Shown: positions 54,903 through 64,000 of the stretch, piece by piece | Layout: the number at the start of each line of letters is the position of its first letter | Position numbering within the stretch: position 1 is the first letter of the stretch | From: Candidatus Aenigmatarchaeota archaeon | GTDB lineage: Archaea > Aenigmatarchaeota > Aenigmatarchaeia > GW2011-AR5 | Assembly (NCBI GenBank): GCA_016198685.1 | Contig: JACQID010000004.1 | Coordinates: forward strand, 261,059 to 325,058 | Length of the DNA stretch: 64,000 nt | Reading direction: 5' to 3' | The notes under the pieces: generated by a model | Database searches by the model: none | Told to the model about the DNA's origin: nothing | What the model saw: only the letters and a program-made list of their open reading frames with translations | Position numbers and translations under genes: made by a program

Positions 54903-56033
54903 TCAGAATCCTTGTCCTTCCACAAATTTCTCGACAGCGATCCTGGATTTTTGCATCTTTTGCTGGTGTTCCTTGAGGAATAAAACTATTTTTTCTATTG
55001 CAATCTGCTTCAGTTCGCCTGAGAGAAGCTTTCCTGCCTTATAATCATTGTAAACAGAATTCAGTTTTTCGTCGTCCTGTTCAAGCGCAAATTTAAGCAT
55101 CTGAAAAGACACGTCTATGTCAGGATTGCCGCCTTTCTTCCTGTGTTCCTCAAGTGACTCCCTTCCGCCGGAGAAGGCGTATTTCATGATCTTCTTTGAT
55201 GCCTCTTCGGGCGTGTCTGTAAGCGCTATGTAGGACGTAGGATCGGAAGAAGACATTTTTCCGCCTTTAAGGCCTGGCATGAATTTATGATACGTCGAGC
55301 TTAATTGAATGAAATTGAATGCCTTGATTCTCTGCGACATATCACGAGCAATACGCAGATGCGGATCCTGGTCGCATCCTACGGGCACAACAACCGGCAA
55401 CGGTCCCTCGAATTGCGGCAATTGCGGGTGCAGCATGTCTGATGCCTGGAGCAAAGCTGATGCCATCTTTCCCGGGCTTATATCGCCGTATATCGCCTTG
55501 AACTCGTTGAAGGTTGCATGCCTTGCAAGCATATTTGCCAAGGAATAGTATGCTGAAGATTTCTTTCCATCTTTTGAGCGCATGGACTGAAAATAAAAGT
55601 CGCATTTGTTAAGGTCAAGCCCGAGCGCTGCATAATTCATGAGGTATTCCTCAATAGCCGTGGTTCTCAATTGTCCCATGTCGGGGATTCTCGAATTATA
55701 CGCTTCCACATCAGCGACTGTAATGTAGACTTTTGCCCCTAGCTTCTGGTAGAATATCATCTGCTCGGCCACCATCTTGTGCCCGAAATGGAATTTGCCG
55801 GATGGCATAAGCCCTGTCATCATGACAAATGGCTGGCGGTTCTCAACTGCACTTGCAACTCTTGCAAAATCTCGGTGCGCAAAGACTATCTTTCTTCTAA
55901 AAAGCATGTTTTTGCTGAATTGTACAGGTAGCGCACTGAAAAATTCCAGACCGAATTCCTTCACAAGCTTTTCATAGTCTATTTTAGCTGGAACTTCCCA
56001 AGGAGTTACTTTTGATGTCATGATCTCACTCAC
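54903..56033 (-). CDS. trpS: Tryptophanyl-tRNA synthetase (archaeal/eukaryal type)
   Basis: 376 aa; VTPWEVPAKIDYEKLVKEFG N-terminus, GLMPSGKFHFGH (HIGH-class), KMSSSDP (KMSKS-class). Confidence 0.85.
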   Translation of the reverse strand: MSEIMTSKVTPWEVPAKIDYEKLVKEFGLEFFSALPVQFSKNMLFRRKIVFAHRDFARVASAVENRQPFVMMTGLMPSGKFHFGHKMVAEQMIFYQKLGAKVYITVADVEAYNSRIPDMGQLRTTAIEEYLMNYAALGLDLNKCDFYFQSMRSKDGKKSSAYYSLANMLARHATFNEFKAIYGDISPGKMASALLQASDMLHPQLPQFEGPLPVVVPVGCDQDPHLRIARDMSQRIKAFNFIQLSSTYHKFMPGLKGGKMSSSDPTSYIALTDTPEEASKKIMKYAFSGGRESLEEHRKKGGNPDIDVSFQMLKFALEQDDEKLNSVYNDYKAGKLLSGELKQIAIEKIVLFLKEHQQKMQKSRIAVEKFVEGQGF

Positions 56034-56073
56034 AATATTTAATTTCAGTACTTTAATATGTTAATCTTCCATG

Positions 56074-57228
56074 TCAATATTTAGATCCTGGGATTGAATG
56101 CATGATAATTCTTTCACAGCCTCGGCAGGCGTTCTTATTACCGGCTGAATAGATAGGGCATCGAGAAATTACTTCATAAATTACTGAGTCCTCTATATGA
56201 GGAGAGCATATCAAATAATCAAGAATACCTCTGCTTCCGCCTTTGCAGTGGCCTGTCGCATTTCTTAATTTTTGTGCCAGACCTAAAGCTTGTCTGAAAG
56301 CAGTCTTATCTTGATATCGTTCTTCTATAGGATCGCCCAATGTAAGTAATCCGTTTGCGGTTCCAGCAGCATGCATGGGCCTATCTGGATTGATTATATC
56401 AGGAAGATATACAAAGGGTACCAAATTTACATCTTCAGCGTGGGGCATACATGAATTTCTTATAATTTCGGTAGTCTGCATTTCATTAAAGCTGCCAAGA
56501 ACAATAACGTTTTGGCTTCTGCCAAAAGCGATAGGATAGTATATGGTTGCTGCCGTGTCAAGTATAGCTTCTTGTATAACTTCGGGCGGCACCCCTAAAG
56601 TGCTTACTCTTTCATATATAGATCGCCCATCATAATGGCCTAAACGCCTTTTTACTTCCCTCTTGTTTCTTAGCACGTCTTTTATTTCACCAAGCTCTTT
56701 GTTTTTATTTTCCGTATCCAGTATAAGATTATTAGGAATGTCGCCTGCCAAAACATAAAGCCGCTCAAGTAAGGCATCAAATTCTCCATTAAACGAGTTA
56801 TTACTCATATTGTATCTGCTGCCTGTAATATGTCTATATTCTCTGCTTGGTACTACAACGAGATTTCTACTATTTCCAAAATGATCTTTTGTATTGGCAT
56901 CGAAATCTTGATGAATTCTTATATTTTGCACAAGTTGCATGCTTGGCAAATCGTTATAAGGGGGGCTTTGCCTTGACCGCGGCAGAATACACATGCCAGA
57001 AATGACGGTCGTTGTATCTTGTTTCCTGACAGCTTCTAACTGTCTTGCGTGCATAATATTTCTTCGTATAGGCGTTACCGAATCGAATATTGTGATATCC
57101 CTCGCACCATCAGGTTGAAAGTTAAAATATTTGAAAGGGTCGTAAAAATCACCATATATATTTCTTTGGGCGTGCAATTCGCTAAGTCTCCTGCCTTCGT
57201 CCTTAATTCTATCCAGTACATCAGTCAT
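56074..57228 (-). CDS. Hypothetical protein with C-terminal His/Cys cluster, first gene of the trpS operon
   Basis: 384 aa; no family recognised. C-terminus has H-C-x12-C-x2-H-x12-C-x9-C-x2-C (GHCKGG...LICSPH...SRCPIY...NACRGCER), suggesting a Zn site. 40-nt gap to trpS on the same strand. Confidence 0.55.
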   Translation of the reverse strand: MTDVLDRIKDEGRRLSELHAQRNIYGDFYDPFKYFNFQPDGARDITIFDSVTPIRRNIMHARQLEAVRKQDTTTVISGMCILPRSRQSPPYNDLPSMQLVQNIRIHQDFDANTKDHFGNSRNLVVVPSREYRHITGSRYNMSNNSFNGEFDALLERLYVLAGDIPNNLILDTENKNKELGEIKDVLRNKREVKRRLGHYDGRSIYERVSTLGVPPEVIQEAILDTAATIYYPIAFGRSQNVIVLGSFNEMQTTEIIRNSCMPHAEDVNLVPFVYLPDIINPDRPMHAAGTANGLLTLGDPIEERYQDKTAFRQALGLAQKLRNATGHCKGGSRGILDYLICSPHIEDSVIYEVISRCPIYSAGNKNACRGCERIIMHSIPGSKY

Positions 57229-57267
57229 ATCGCATCAGCTTCCCTCTCGACAAAATAAACCCTTTTC

Positions 57268-57279
57268 CTCCGATCGGAG
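57268..57279. promoter_or_regulatory. Perfect 12-bp palindrome CTCCGATCGGAG with flanking TTTTC/GAAAA arms, about 40 bp upstream of the 384-aa gene start
   Basis: ccttttcCTCCGATCGGAGaagaaaa. Either an operator or a bidirectional hairpin terminator in the 327-bp spacer. Confidence 0.25.
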
Positions 57280-57554
57280 AAGAAAATGCAGGAAGAAACA
57301 TAGCCACGACTGAGAAGCGATTTGATTGCGTATTTGACCGCTCTAGGCGAAAGCCTTGTTGTAGAAATTATTTCCTTCTGGCAGACACCAAAGACTATGA
57401 TTGACAGATATCAATAAGAGTACCTTGTTCTCCGAATCCGTCAATCCAAAGGCATTCACCCATCTTAATCACTTCTCTTTACTGCATGCCGGAATTTAAA
57501 TACCGGACTATAGGTGCAAAACCGATATTTAAACATTGAACATAATCGTTTATT

Positions 57555-58147
57555 ATGAAACTAAAATTTGCCGGCATAGAATTAGAGCGGGAAAAAACAC
57601 CGTTGGATGAATTTGTCATTGATTTTTGCCAATTGTTAAAGCAATCTGGAATACGCTATGTTATTATTTCAGGATACGTTGCTATACTATTCGGAAGAAG
57701 CAGGTCCTCTGAAGATGTTGACGTTATAACAGAGGCCATAGATTCCGATAAATTTTCGGCATTATGGAACAAGTTGGATAATAGCTTTGAATGCCTTAAT
57801 ACGACCAACAAGGAGAGGCATATGCAGGCTATATATCACAAAACGTCGCCCTGCGATTTTCTAGGCCAAAAAAGTATATACCTAACATGGAGATAAAATT
57901 TCCTTCGATGAAATTGGAGACGTGGGTTTTGGATAATCGCCAGAACTGTATAATAGATAAAAATGAAATATGCATATCTCCTATAGAAACTCAAATAGCA
58001 TTCAAGCTCTTCTTAGGGAGCGAAAAAGATTTGGAAGATGCCAAACACATTTACGGGATTTTTAAAAGTTCGTTGGACAATAATTTATTGGAAAGTTTAC
58101 TAAACGAATTGAAACATAAAGAGAACTTCAGGAGGTATCTCACATGA
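57555..58147 (+). pseudogene. Minimal nucleotidyltransferase (MNT/KNTase-like) gene split by a +1 frameshift near 57890
   Basis: ORF1 (113 aa) carries the GS-x9-DxD NTase motif (ISGYVAILFGRSRSSEDVDVI). ORF2 (86 aa, 57887-58147) continues the helical C-terminal domain in the +1 frame with an 8-nt overlap. Joined length is about 195 aa. Either a genuine pseudogene or programmed frameshift, or a sequencing indel. Confidence 0.5.
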
Positions 58148-58269
58148 AAATCCCAAAAATAGACATGAAAGAAATGGAAAAATGGAAGCAGCGCAACTTT
58201 GAGGAGCGCATGAAATTCATAGACCAATACGTGGAATGGCTCAAGAAGAACAAAATAAGGGAAATAAAG
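58144..58269 (+). CDS. Small hypothetical protein (41 aa) between NTase and P-loop kinase genes, not in ORF track
   Basis: Manual translation from ATG at 58144 gives a short ORF of about 41 aa, MKIPKIDMKEMEKWKQRNFEERMKFIDQYVEWLKKNKIREIKK. It overlaps the NTase stop (ATGA) and ends 22 nt before the kinase gene. Confidence 0.3.
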
Positions 58270-58291
58270 AAGTGATGCCTTTGTTCTGGTC

Positions 58292-58768
58292 ATGTTTATG
58301 TTAGTCATCGTCTGCGGCCTCCCAGGCACCGGAAAAAGCTTTGTCGCCGAAATCGTTGCCGAAAAACTGGGCGCCGCTCTGCTGAGAACCGATGCGATAA
58401 GAAAAACGCTTTTTCCTCGCCCTGCATATACCGAAGAAGAGAAAACTAAGGTATACGAAGAGATGTTTCGCTTGGCAACGGAAAAGCTCGCCGAAGGAAA
58501 CGTGGTGCTTGACGCGGTGTTTCCTCGTGAAAGCCTCCGAAAACAGGCGCTTTCCTTGTCAAAAGACGCAGTCATCCTAAGAACTGCCTGCAACAAAAAC
58601 ACTGCAAATAAAAGGCTGTCAGGAAAACGGCCGCTCAGCGATGCGGATTATAATGTTTATCTTAAAATAAAAGAGGAGTTTGAACCAATAAAAGAAAAAC
58701 ACCTCACCGTCAACACTGATTTGCCGAAGGCTGAAGTGAAGGAAAAAATTTATAGTATTTTCGCGTAG
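58292..58768 (+). CDS. P-loop NTPase/kinase (AAA_33 / zeta-toxin / polynucleotide-kinase-like fold)
   Basis: 158 aa; Walker A VCGLPGTGKSF, Walker B-like VVLDAVF. Size and layout match small-molecule or polynucleotide kinases. Confidence 0.65.
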   Translation: MFMLVIVCGLPGTGKSFVAEIVAEKLGAALLRTDAIRKTLFPRPAYTEEEKTKVYEEMFRLATEKLAEGNVVLDAVFPRESLRKQALSLSKDAVILRTACNKNTANKRLSGKRPLSDADYNVYLKIKEEFEPIKEKHLTVNTDLPKAEVKEKIYSIFA

Positions 58769-59652
58769 CTTTCCGCCAACAGGAAATATTTCGCCGCTTC
58801 TTCTGGTTTTTTTGAAAAGACCGCTATTTTTCCTCTCACATAGGCGCGGTAACATTTGTAAAAAGTCAGGAGACCTGTTGAGATCTCCTGCTGGCACGAA
58901 GAAATGAATATGTCCGCAAGATCCTTTCTTCCATGGAACTCAAGATCCATGGCCATGAAAGCTATATCCAAAACAGGATCGCAGAAAGCTATCCTGTCGT
59001 TGAATTCTATGGCATCAAATATGTAGGGCGTTCCTTCAACTATGAAGATATTGCCTGAATGCAGGTCGCCATGGCACCGTATGGCTGCTCTTGACTTCAG
59101 AAGCATTTCATTGTCATGTAGGAATCGCTCGATGCGAGCTTTAATATAACCAAGACTTTCAGCATTTAACGCATCTTTTGTCTGGAGAAAATTCTCTTCC
59201 CAGTTCAACTTTATGCCAGTTAAAGAATCTCTCTTATCAGCAATATTTCGCTTATGGAAAGCTGTTATGATGTCTGCTATTTTTTCCATTACTGTCCCGG
59301 TTATTTTTCCATCGGCCAACATGCCTGTCATTATCGACTCTTCCGGCATCTGAAGCATTTTGACCGCATAATCTACAATTTCGCCTTTGCCTATGCCTTC
59401 GCTGCCTACGGGCACGACATCAACATACATATCCGAAAATCTTGAATTAATTCTAAGTTCTTCCTCGCAAAAACGCTTTCTTCTTTCAAGAGTCGAATAA
59501 TCGAGGAACCCGAAGTTCACAGGCTTCTTGACTTTGTAGGCGTATTTCCCTGTCAGGAAAACCCAGGAAACGTGCGTTTCTACAACCTTGATTTTGGAGA
59601 CCGGGTGAGTATACGCCGTTTCCTTTGAAAGTATAGAAACGATATCGGCCAT
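58750..59652 (-). CDS. Aminoglycoside-phosphotransferase-fold (APH/choline-kinase-like) kinase
   Basis: Start MADIVSIL at 59652 (the track ORF extends to 59757). Brenner catalytic motif HGDLHSGNIF and DFD-equivalent IFDAIEFNDR. Confidence 0.65.
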   Translation of the reverse strand: MADIVSILSKETAYTHPVSKIKVVETHVSWVFLTGKYAYKVKKPVNFGFLDYSTLERRKRFCEEELRINSRFSDMYVDVVPVGSEGIGKGEIVDYAVKMLQMPEESIMTGMLADGKITGTVMEKIADIITAFHKRNIADKRDSLTGIKLNWEENFLQTKDALNAESLGYIKARIERFLHDNEMLLKSRAAIRCHGDLHSGNIFIVEGTPYIFDAIEFNDRIAFCDPVLDIAFMAMDLEFHGRKDLADIFISSCQQEISTGLLTFYKCYRAYVRGKIAVFSKKPEEAAKYFLLAESYAKIL

Positions 59653-59702
59653 GCAAAAATACGGCGAAAAAGAAATTAATACATATACAGGATAGTAGTA
59701 GG

Positions 59703-60941
59703 ATGAGTTCGGTAAAAAACGTGTCGCTTGCAGAAGAAGGCAAAAAGAAAATAACATGGGCAGAATCCAGGATGCCTGTACTCATGAAAATACGCGAGGA
59801 TTTCCAGAAAACCTTGCCATTCAAGGATATTAAGATAGGAGCATGTCTTCATGTGACCAAGGAAACGGCAGTTCTCATGAAAACTTTGAAAGCAGGCGGC
59901 GCTAAAGTAGCCCTCTGCGGCTCCAACCCACTCTCCACGCAGGATGATGTTGCAGCCGGCCTTGCCTCTGAAGGCATAGAGGTTTTTGCAGCGCACGGAA
60001 TTGACAATGAAGAATATTACAAGAACCTGAATTCGGTCCTTGACACCCGGCCTGATATAACCATGGATGACGGCGCAGACCTGATAACACAGATACATAC
60101 CAAGAGAAAAGAGCTTCTTGCCATTGTAAGAGGCGGCACAGAAGAGACAACAACAGGTGTCATACGCTTCAGGGCCATGCACAATGAAGGAAAGCTGAAA
60201 TTTCCGGTAATAGCTGTCAATGATGCCAGATGCAAGAATATGTTTGATAATTATTACGGAACAGGGCAAAGCTCTCTTGATGGCATAATCCGTTCAACAA
60301 ACATACTTCTGGCGGGCAAGACATTTGTTGTAGCCGGCTATGGACACTGCGGAAGCGGTGTCGCTGCAATGGCAAAAGGCATGGGTGCGCACGTCATTGT
60401 CACCGAAGTCGATCCTGTCAAGGCGCTTGCCGCCTATTATGACGGGCATGAGGTCATGTCAATGGATGAGGCTTGTATGCTTGGAGACATATTTGTTACA
60501 GTCACGGGCTGCAAAGATGTGATAGTTGAGCGCCATCTGCGCGGCATGAAAGACGGGGCTATAATATCCAATGCTGGGCATTTTGACGTGGAGATAGATG
60601 TCAAAAAACTGAGAGAATTGGCATCTGCGAGAACTCTCAAGCATGGCCTGGAAGAGTTTATCATAAACGGAAAGAAACTGTATTTGCTAGGCGAAGGCAG
60701 GCTTGTGAATCTTGCCTGCGCCGAAGGCCATCCATCTGAAGTAATGGACCAATCATTCTCATTGCAGGCATTAGCTGCAAAATATATAAATGAAAGTAAG
60801 CTTGAAGCCGGCGTTCACCGCATACCTAAGAACATAGATGACATGGTAGCGGTAATGAAGCTTCAAGCACTTGGGGTTAAGACAGATACTCTCACGCCTG
60901 AACAGGAGAGATACCTTTCTTCATGGAACGAAGGGACCTAA
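59703..60941 (+). CDS. ahcY: S-adenosyl-L-homocysteine hydrolase
   Basis: 412 aa; NAD-binding GYGHCGSGVA, conserved AhcY catalytic blocks (HVTKETAVLMKTL, NDARCKNMFDNYYGTGQS). Confidence 0.95.
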   Translation: MSSVKNVSLAEEGKKKITWAESRMPVLMKIREDFQKTLPFKDIKIGACLHVTKETAVLMKTLKAGGAKVALCGSNPLSTQDDVAAGLASEGIEVFAAHGIDNEEYYKNLNSVLDTRPDITMDDGADLITQIHTKRKELLAIVRGGTEETTTGVIRFRAMHNEGKLKFPVIAVNDARCKNMFDNYYGTGQSSLDGIIRSTNILLAGKTFVVAGYGHCGSGVAAMAKGMGAHVIVTEVDPVKALAAYYDGHEVMSMDEACMLGDIFVTVTGCKDVIVERHLRGMKDGAIISNAGHFDVEIDVKKLRELASARTLKHGLEEFIINGKKLYLLGEGRLVNLACAEGHPSEVMDQSFSLQALAAKYINESKLEAGVHRIPKNIDDMVAVMKLQALGVKTDTLTPEQERYLSSWNEGT

Positions 60942-60954
60942 CGTGGAAGAAAAG

Positions 60955-61578
60955 ATGCTTCTTGCAGAAGCAAAAGGTCTAATGGAAAACAACGATCCGG
61001 CCCACGATTTCTCGCATATTCTCAGGGTTCTGTCCATTGCAGAAGCAATAGGCAAAAAAGAAAACGCAGACATGGAAATCCTTATTCCCGCAGTCATACT
61101 GCATGATATAACTAAACAAGACAAATCCACTCCGGAGAAACGGCGATTGTCAGCGGACAAAAGCGCTTCCATGGCATCACGAATATTGCAAAAATACAGC
61201 TACCCTGAACATAAAATCGAGAAAATAGTTCACAGCATAGCGATTCATAGCTTTTCTAAGGGCATGAAACCGGAAACTATTGAAGCCAAGATATTGCAGG
61301 ATGCGGACAGGCTGGATGCAATCGGCGCGATAGGAATTGCGCGCTGTTTTGCCGTGGGAGGAGAATTACGAAGAAAATTTTATGACATTGACGATCCTCG
61401 AGCAGAGAACAGGGAAGCGGATGATGGGCAATATTCCATAGATCATTTTTACAAAAAATTGCTGCTTCTAAAGGAAAAAATGCATACTGAAACGGCCAAA
61501 GAGATTGCAGAGAAACGCCATAGATTCATGCAAGCGTTTCTAAGAGAGCTAAATGATGAAATAAACGCGCGTCTGTAG
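60955..61578 (+). CDS. HD-domain metal-dependent phosphohydrolase
   Basis: Start MLLAEAKG just after the ahcY stop. HD motifs H..H (HDFSHILRV), HD (ILHDITK), D (DADRLDAIG). Confidence 0.8.
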   Translation: MLLAEAKGLMENNDPAHDFSHILRVLSIAEAIGKKENADMEILIPAVILHDITKQDKSTPEKRRLSADKSASMASRILQKYSYPEHKIEKIVHSIAIHSFSKGMKPETIEAKILQDADRLDAIGAIGIARCFAVGGELRRKFYDIDDPRAENREADDGQYSIDHFYKKLLLLKEKMHTETAKEIAEKRHRFMQAFLRELNDEINARL

Positions 61579-61587
61579 TGGTCAGGC

Positions 61588-62553
61588 TTACCATCCGAGA
61601 ATCAGGATTATAAAAAGAAAAACGCCATATGATGAAAACAATATTGCCGCTTCACGGTACCCGAACTTTTTGTTGTTCGTTAGCAGCATGAAAAGGATAT
61701 TGAAGCCCATAAGCGCAGCGGCTATGGATATTTCAGTTCTTGTCAATGCAATGTTTCCGAGTATGCTTATTGTACCGAGTATGAAAGTGAGATTGGCGAC
61801 GAGGGAGCCGACAACGTTGCCTACGGCAAGGCCTATATCGCCTCTTCTGACGGCGCTCGCGCTTATGCTGAGTTCTGGCAGCGTTGTTCCCATAGAAAGT
61901 ATGGTCGCTGCAACAAGACTTTCAGCTACCCCAAGCTTCATGGCAAGCGCAATTGCCGAGTTGGTCACAAAATGCGCGCTTATGATGACTCCTATGATGG
62001 AAACAAGAATGCAAGATGCATGCTTCAGAAGATGCGCTGCATGATCACGACCTGATCCTATGCTTTTCAGGCCCCGCCCTATTATGCCTTCCGAAAAAAT
62101 ATAGAATAATGAGAGGCAGAACATGCCGAATATGAGGCTCAAGGTTCCTGCCACGATCATGATGAAAGCGACCATTGACGTCAATATGACCGCATATCGT
62201 ATCTGTTTGCGGTATTTCTCCGCCATTTTGAATCCCAATAATGACATTACGCCAAATACGATAGTAATGTTGGCTATATTGGCGCCGAACAAGTTTCCAA
62301 CGCTCAGAATGCCTTCACCTTTGAGCGATGATATAATGCCTATCATCAATTCGGGGAGCGACGTGGAAATTGCAATGAATATGAAGCCTATGGCTGCTTG
62401 TCCTATGCGCACAATTTTTGACAAATTTTCAGCATTATCTATGGTCATATTGCTGAATTTAACAAGGAATGCGACCGAGACAGCCAAAAATGCGAAATCA
62501 AAAAGCATGCAGATAATTGGGAGTGCCAATATATAAAAATAATCGCTATTCAA
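61588..62553 (-). CDS. CaCA-family Na+/Ca2+ exchanger (YrbG-like)
   Basis: 321 aa, 10 TM; both alpha-repeats present (GTSLPELMIGIIS...GANIANI and GTTLPELSISASA...GSLVANL). Confidence 0.85.
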   Translation of the reverse strand: MNSDYFYILALPIICMLFDFAFLAVSVAFLVKFSNMTIDNAENLSKIVRIGQAAIGFIFIAISTSLPELMIGIISSLKGEGILSVGNLFGANIANITIVFGVMSLLGFKMAEKYRKQIRYAVILTSMVAFIMIVAGTLSLIFGMFCLSLFYIFSEGIIGRGLKSIGSGRDHAAHLLKHASCILVSIIGVIISAHFVTNSAIALAMKLGVAESLVAATILSMGTTLPELSISASAVRRGDIGLAVGNVVGSLVANLTFILGTISILGNIALTRTEISIAAALMGFNILFMLLTNNKKFGYREAAILFSSYGVFLFIILILGW

Positions 62554-63463
62554 GTGATATTTTCATAAAATCATGGGCTATTTCCATTCCGTATTTCTTT
62601 GCTGCAGCTTCAAGGTCCTTCGGACTCTGGTATCTTCTGCTTATATGAGTCAGTATTGTCCGCTTGGCGCACGCTTCTTTTGCTACAGAAGCGACTTGAT
62701 CTATCCTGGCATGCTTGTAGCCTGTCATATCAGTTACGTCCTCAAAGAAGGTACAATCATGTATGAGAAGGTTTGCATTAGCAGATAATGCGACTGTATT
62801 CCTGTTGGGCATCGTATCTCCTGTATATACGATTTTTTTGCCGGGTATTTTGACAGAAACGTCCTCAAGAGCTATTTTCTTTCCTTTGTATGTCGCCAAA
62901 CCCTTTTCTTTGATCTCCTTGAAAATCGGTCCTTTGTCCGGCAAACCAAGAGCCGCTGCCTTTGTCTTGTCTATATTGGTACGATCATTTTCAACAAATG
63001 CGTATGCTACTGCGGGTATGCCATGTTTCATTGGCATTGAAATGACACGGAACTCCGCATTTTCCAGGAGAAGTTGCGGCTCCGATCCTTCAAACTCCGC
63101 ATTAACAGGGATTAACCCAAAATCTTTGGTGCTGTAACCCAATTCCTCAAGCATCGGCACAAACTTCTCGGCCTCCGGCCCGTAAATCCTAAGCGGCTTC
63201 TTCCTTCCCTCAAGATTCATGGTCTCAACAAGACCCAGAATTCCGGCAAAATGATCGGCATGCCAGTGGCTTATGAATATGCCTTCTATGTTCATAAAGT
63301 TCAAGCCTGCGAGAAGCATTTGCCTTTGGGTGCCTTCACCACAGTCGAAAAGCATGGAAGCTTCTTCCTGGCTTCTGTAAGTAAGATGCACTGCAGCGTG
63401 ATTCCTGTATTTGGTTGGCACTCCTGCTGTCGTCCCCAAAAACGTTATCTCGACTGATGTCAT
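62546..63463 (-). CDS. rnz: Ribonuclease Z (tRNA 3' endonuclease)
   Basis: 305 aa; metallo-beta-lactamase fold with HWHADH (FISHWHADHFAGI), short-form RNase Z. Confidence 0.85.
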   Translation of the reverse strand: MTSVEITFLGTTAGVPTKYRNHAAVHLTYRSQEEASMLFDCGEGTQRQMLLAGLNFMNIEGIFISHWHADHFAGILGLVETMNLEGRKKPLRIYGPEAEKFVPMLEELGYSTKDFGLIPVNAEFEGSEPQLLLENAEFRVISMPMKHGIPAVAYAFVENDRTNIDKTKAAALGLPDKGPIFKEIKEKGLATYKGKKIALEDVSVKIPGKKIVYTGDTMPNRNTVALSANANLLIHDCTFFEDVTDMTGYKHARIDQVASVAKEACAKRTILTHISRRYQSPKDLEAAAKKYGMEIAHDFMKISLE

Positions 63464-63495
63464 AAGAAATACTCAAAGGGAAAGATTAAATCCGT

Positions 63496-63987
63496 TTAGA
63501 AATTGCGCAGGACAGGCTGCTTGCAATTCAAGGAATTGACTTCTATATTCTTCGGCTTCAGGCTTGAAAATAGGTTTATTTTCATGCTCGCAGCCGCGCC
63601 CGCAGAAAGGGGATTAGGTGCACTAAGCTCTACCTTTGTTTTATAGTTTGCCTGCGTCTCTTCAAAAGGCAATGTCACAGGCACTGCTTCTCTGTTGAGG
63701 GTGGCGTTTGCGTCATTAAAGATAATCGATATTGTCATATTGGATATGTCGCTCGTGCTATCTATATTCCTTATCCTTATTGTAACGTTTTCATCCGCAA
63801 AAGTAAGCTGCGATATGTCCATGGCATTGGCACAGTCAAGACTCTGCAATCTTGTTTGCGTGAAAGTAGTAGCCCATGCGGCCATAAGACCTGCTATGCT
63901 CATAGTGAATGCGACCAAAAGAACTGCGGCTATCAACGGCGATATGCCCTTGCGGCTCGCCCTGAAAGTATCTGGATTATTTTTCAT
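63496..63987 (-). CDS. Archaeal type IV pilin-like protein (class III signal peptide)
   Basis: 163 aa; RKGISPLIAAVLLVAFTMSIAGLMAAW is the prepilin-peptidase signal (KGxSPxIA plus hydrophobic helix). The rest is beta-rich with N-x-S/T sequons. Confidence 0.6.
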   Translation of the reverse strand: MKNNPDTFRASRKGISPLIAAVLLVAFTMSIAGLMAAWATTFTQTRLQSLDCANAMDISQLTFADENVTIRIRNIDSTSDISNMTISIIFNDANATLNREAVPVTLPFEETQANYKTKVELSAPNPLSAGAAASMKINLFSSLKPKNIEVNSLNCKQPVLRNF

Positions 63988-64000
63988 AGAATTTCCTCAG

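Noticed and set aside
1-64000. CRISPR arrays, rRNA genes, transposases or integrases
   Set aside because: No regularly spaced direct repeats, no rRNA-like conserved blocks and no DDE or tyrosine-recombinase motifs were seen in any frame.

Overview
This 64 kb window is an archaeal chromosomal segment with euryarchaeal-type gene order, mostly coding on the minus strand.

The core content is information-processing genes:
- proteasome alpha (partial at the window edge), SRP54, FtsY, prefoldin alpha, aIF6, and the L31e/L39e/S19e/Rpp21 cluster;
- a complete L3-L4-L23-L2-S19-L22-S3-L29-SUI1-Rpp29-S17-L14-L24-S4e-L5-S14(Z)-S8-L6-L32e-L19e-L18-S5-L30-L15-SecY ribosomal superoperon;
- S8e, LSm and L37e;
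- four aminoacyl-tRNA synthetases (CysRS, ValRS, MetRS, TrpRS), aRF1, RNase Z, AhcY, PurD, Cmk and TatD.

Non-core content:
- A copper-resistance locus: a PadR-TRASH regulator divergent from CopA, then a Met-rich cupredoxin membrane protein.
- A 2084-aa N-glycosylation-sequon-rich surface protein, apparently co-transcribed with a 511-aa Ser/Thr-rich membrane-anchored partner.
- A PEGA-repeat surface protein.
- Two proteins with archaeal class-III (pilin-like) signal peptides.
- Six tRNA genes found by hand-folding, five of them intron-containing. tRNA-Lys and tRNA-Ile have introns at non-canonical positions. The two tRNA-Ala genes have 90-nt and 40-nt introns and identical exonic arms.

The best candidates for something new are:
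- a ~4.4 kb islet bracketed by convergent tRNA-Cys and tRNA-Gly. It holds a PIN toxin with an atypical upstream partner, a GC-rich unknown protein and a split MgtE-type transporter, with a partial tRNA-Gly 3'-end repeat beside it;
- a GC-rich islet next to tRNA-Lys carrying a bacterial OmpR-type winged-helix protein;
- a cluster made of a frameshifted minimal nucleotidyltransferase, a small ORF, a P-loop kinase and an APH-like kinase, beside a 384-aa protein with a His/Cys cluster that heads the trpS operon.

No CRISPR array, rRNA or obvious transposase was seen.
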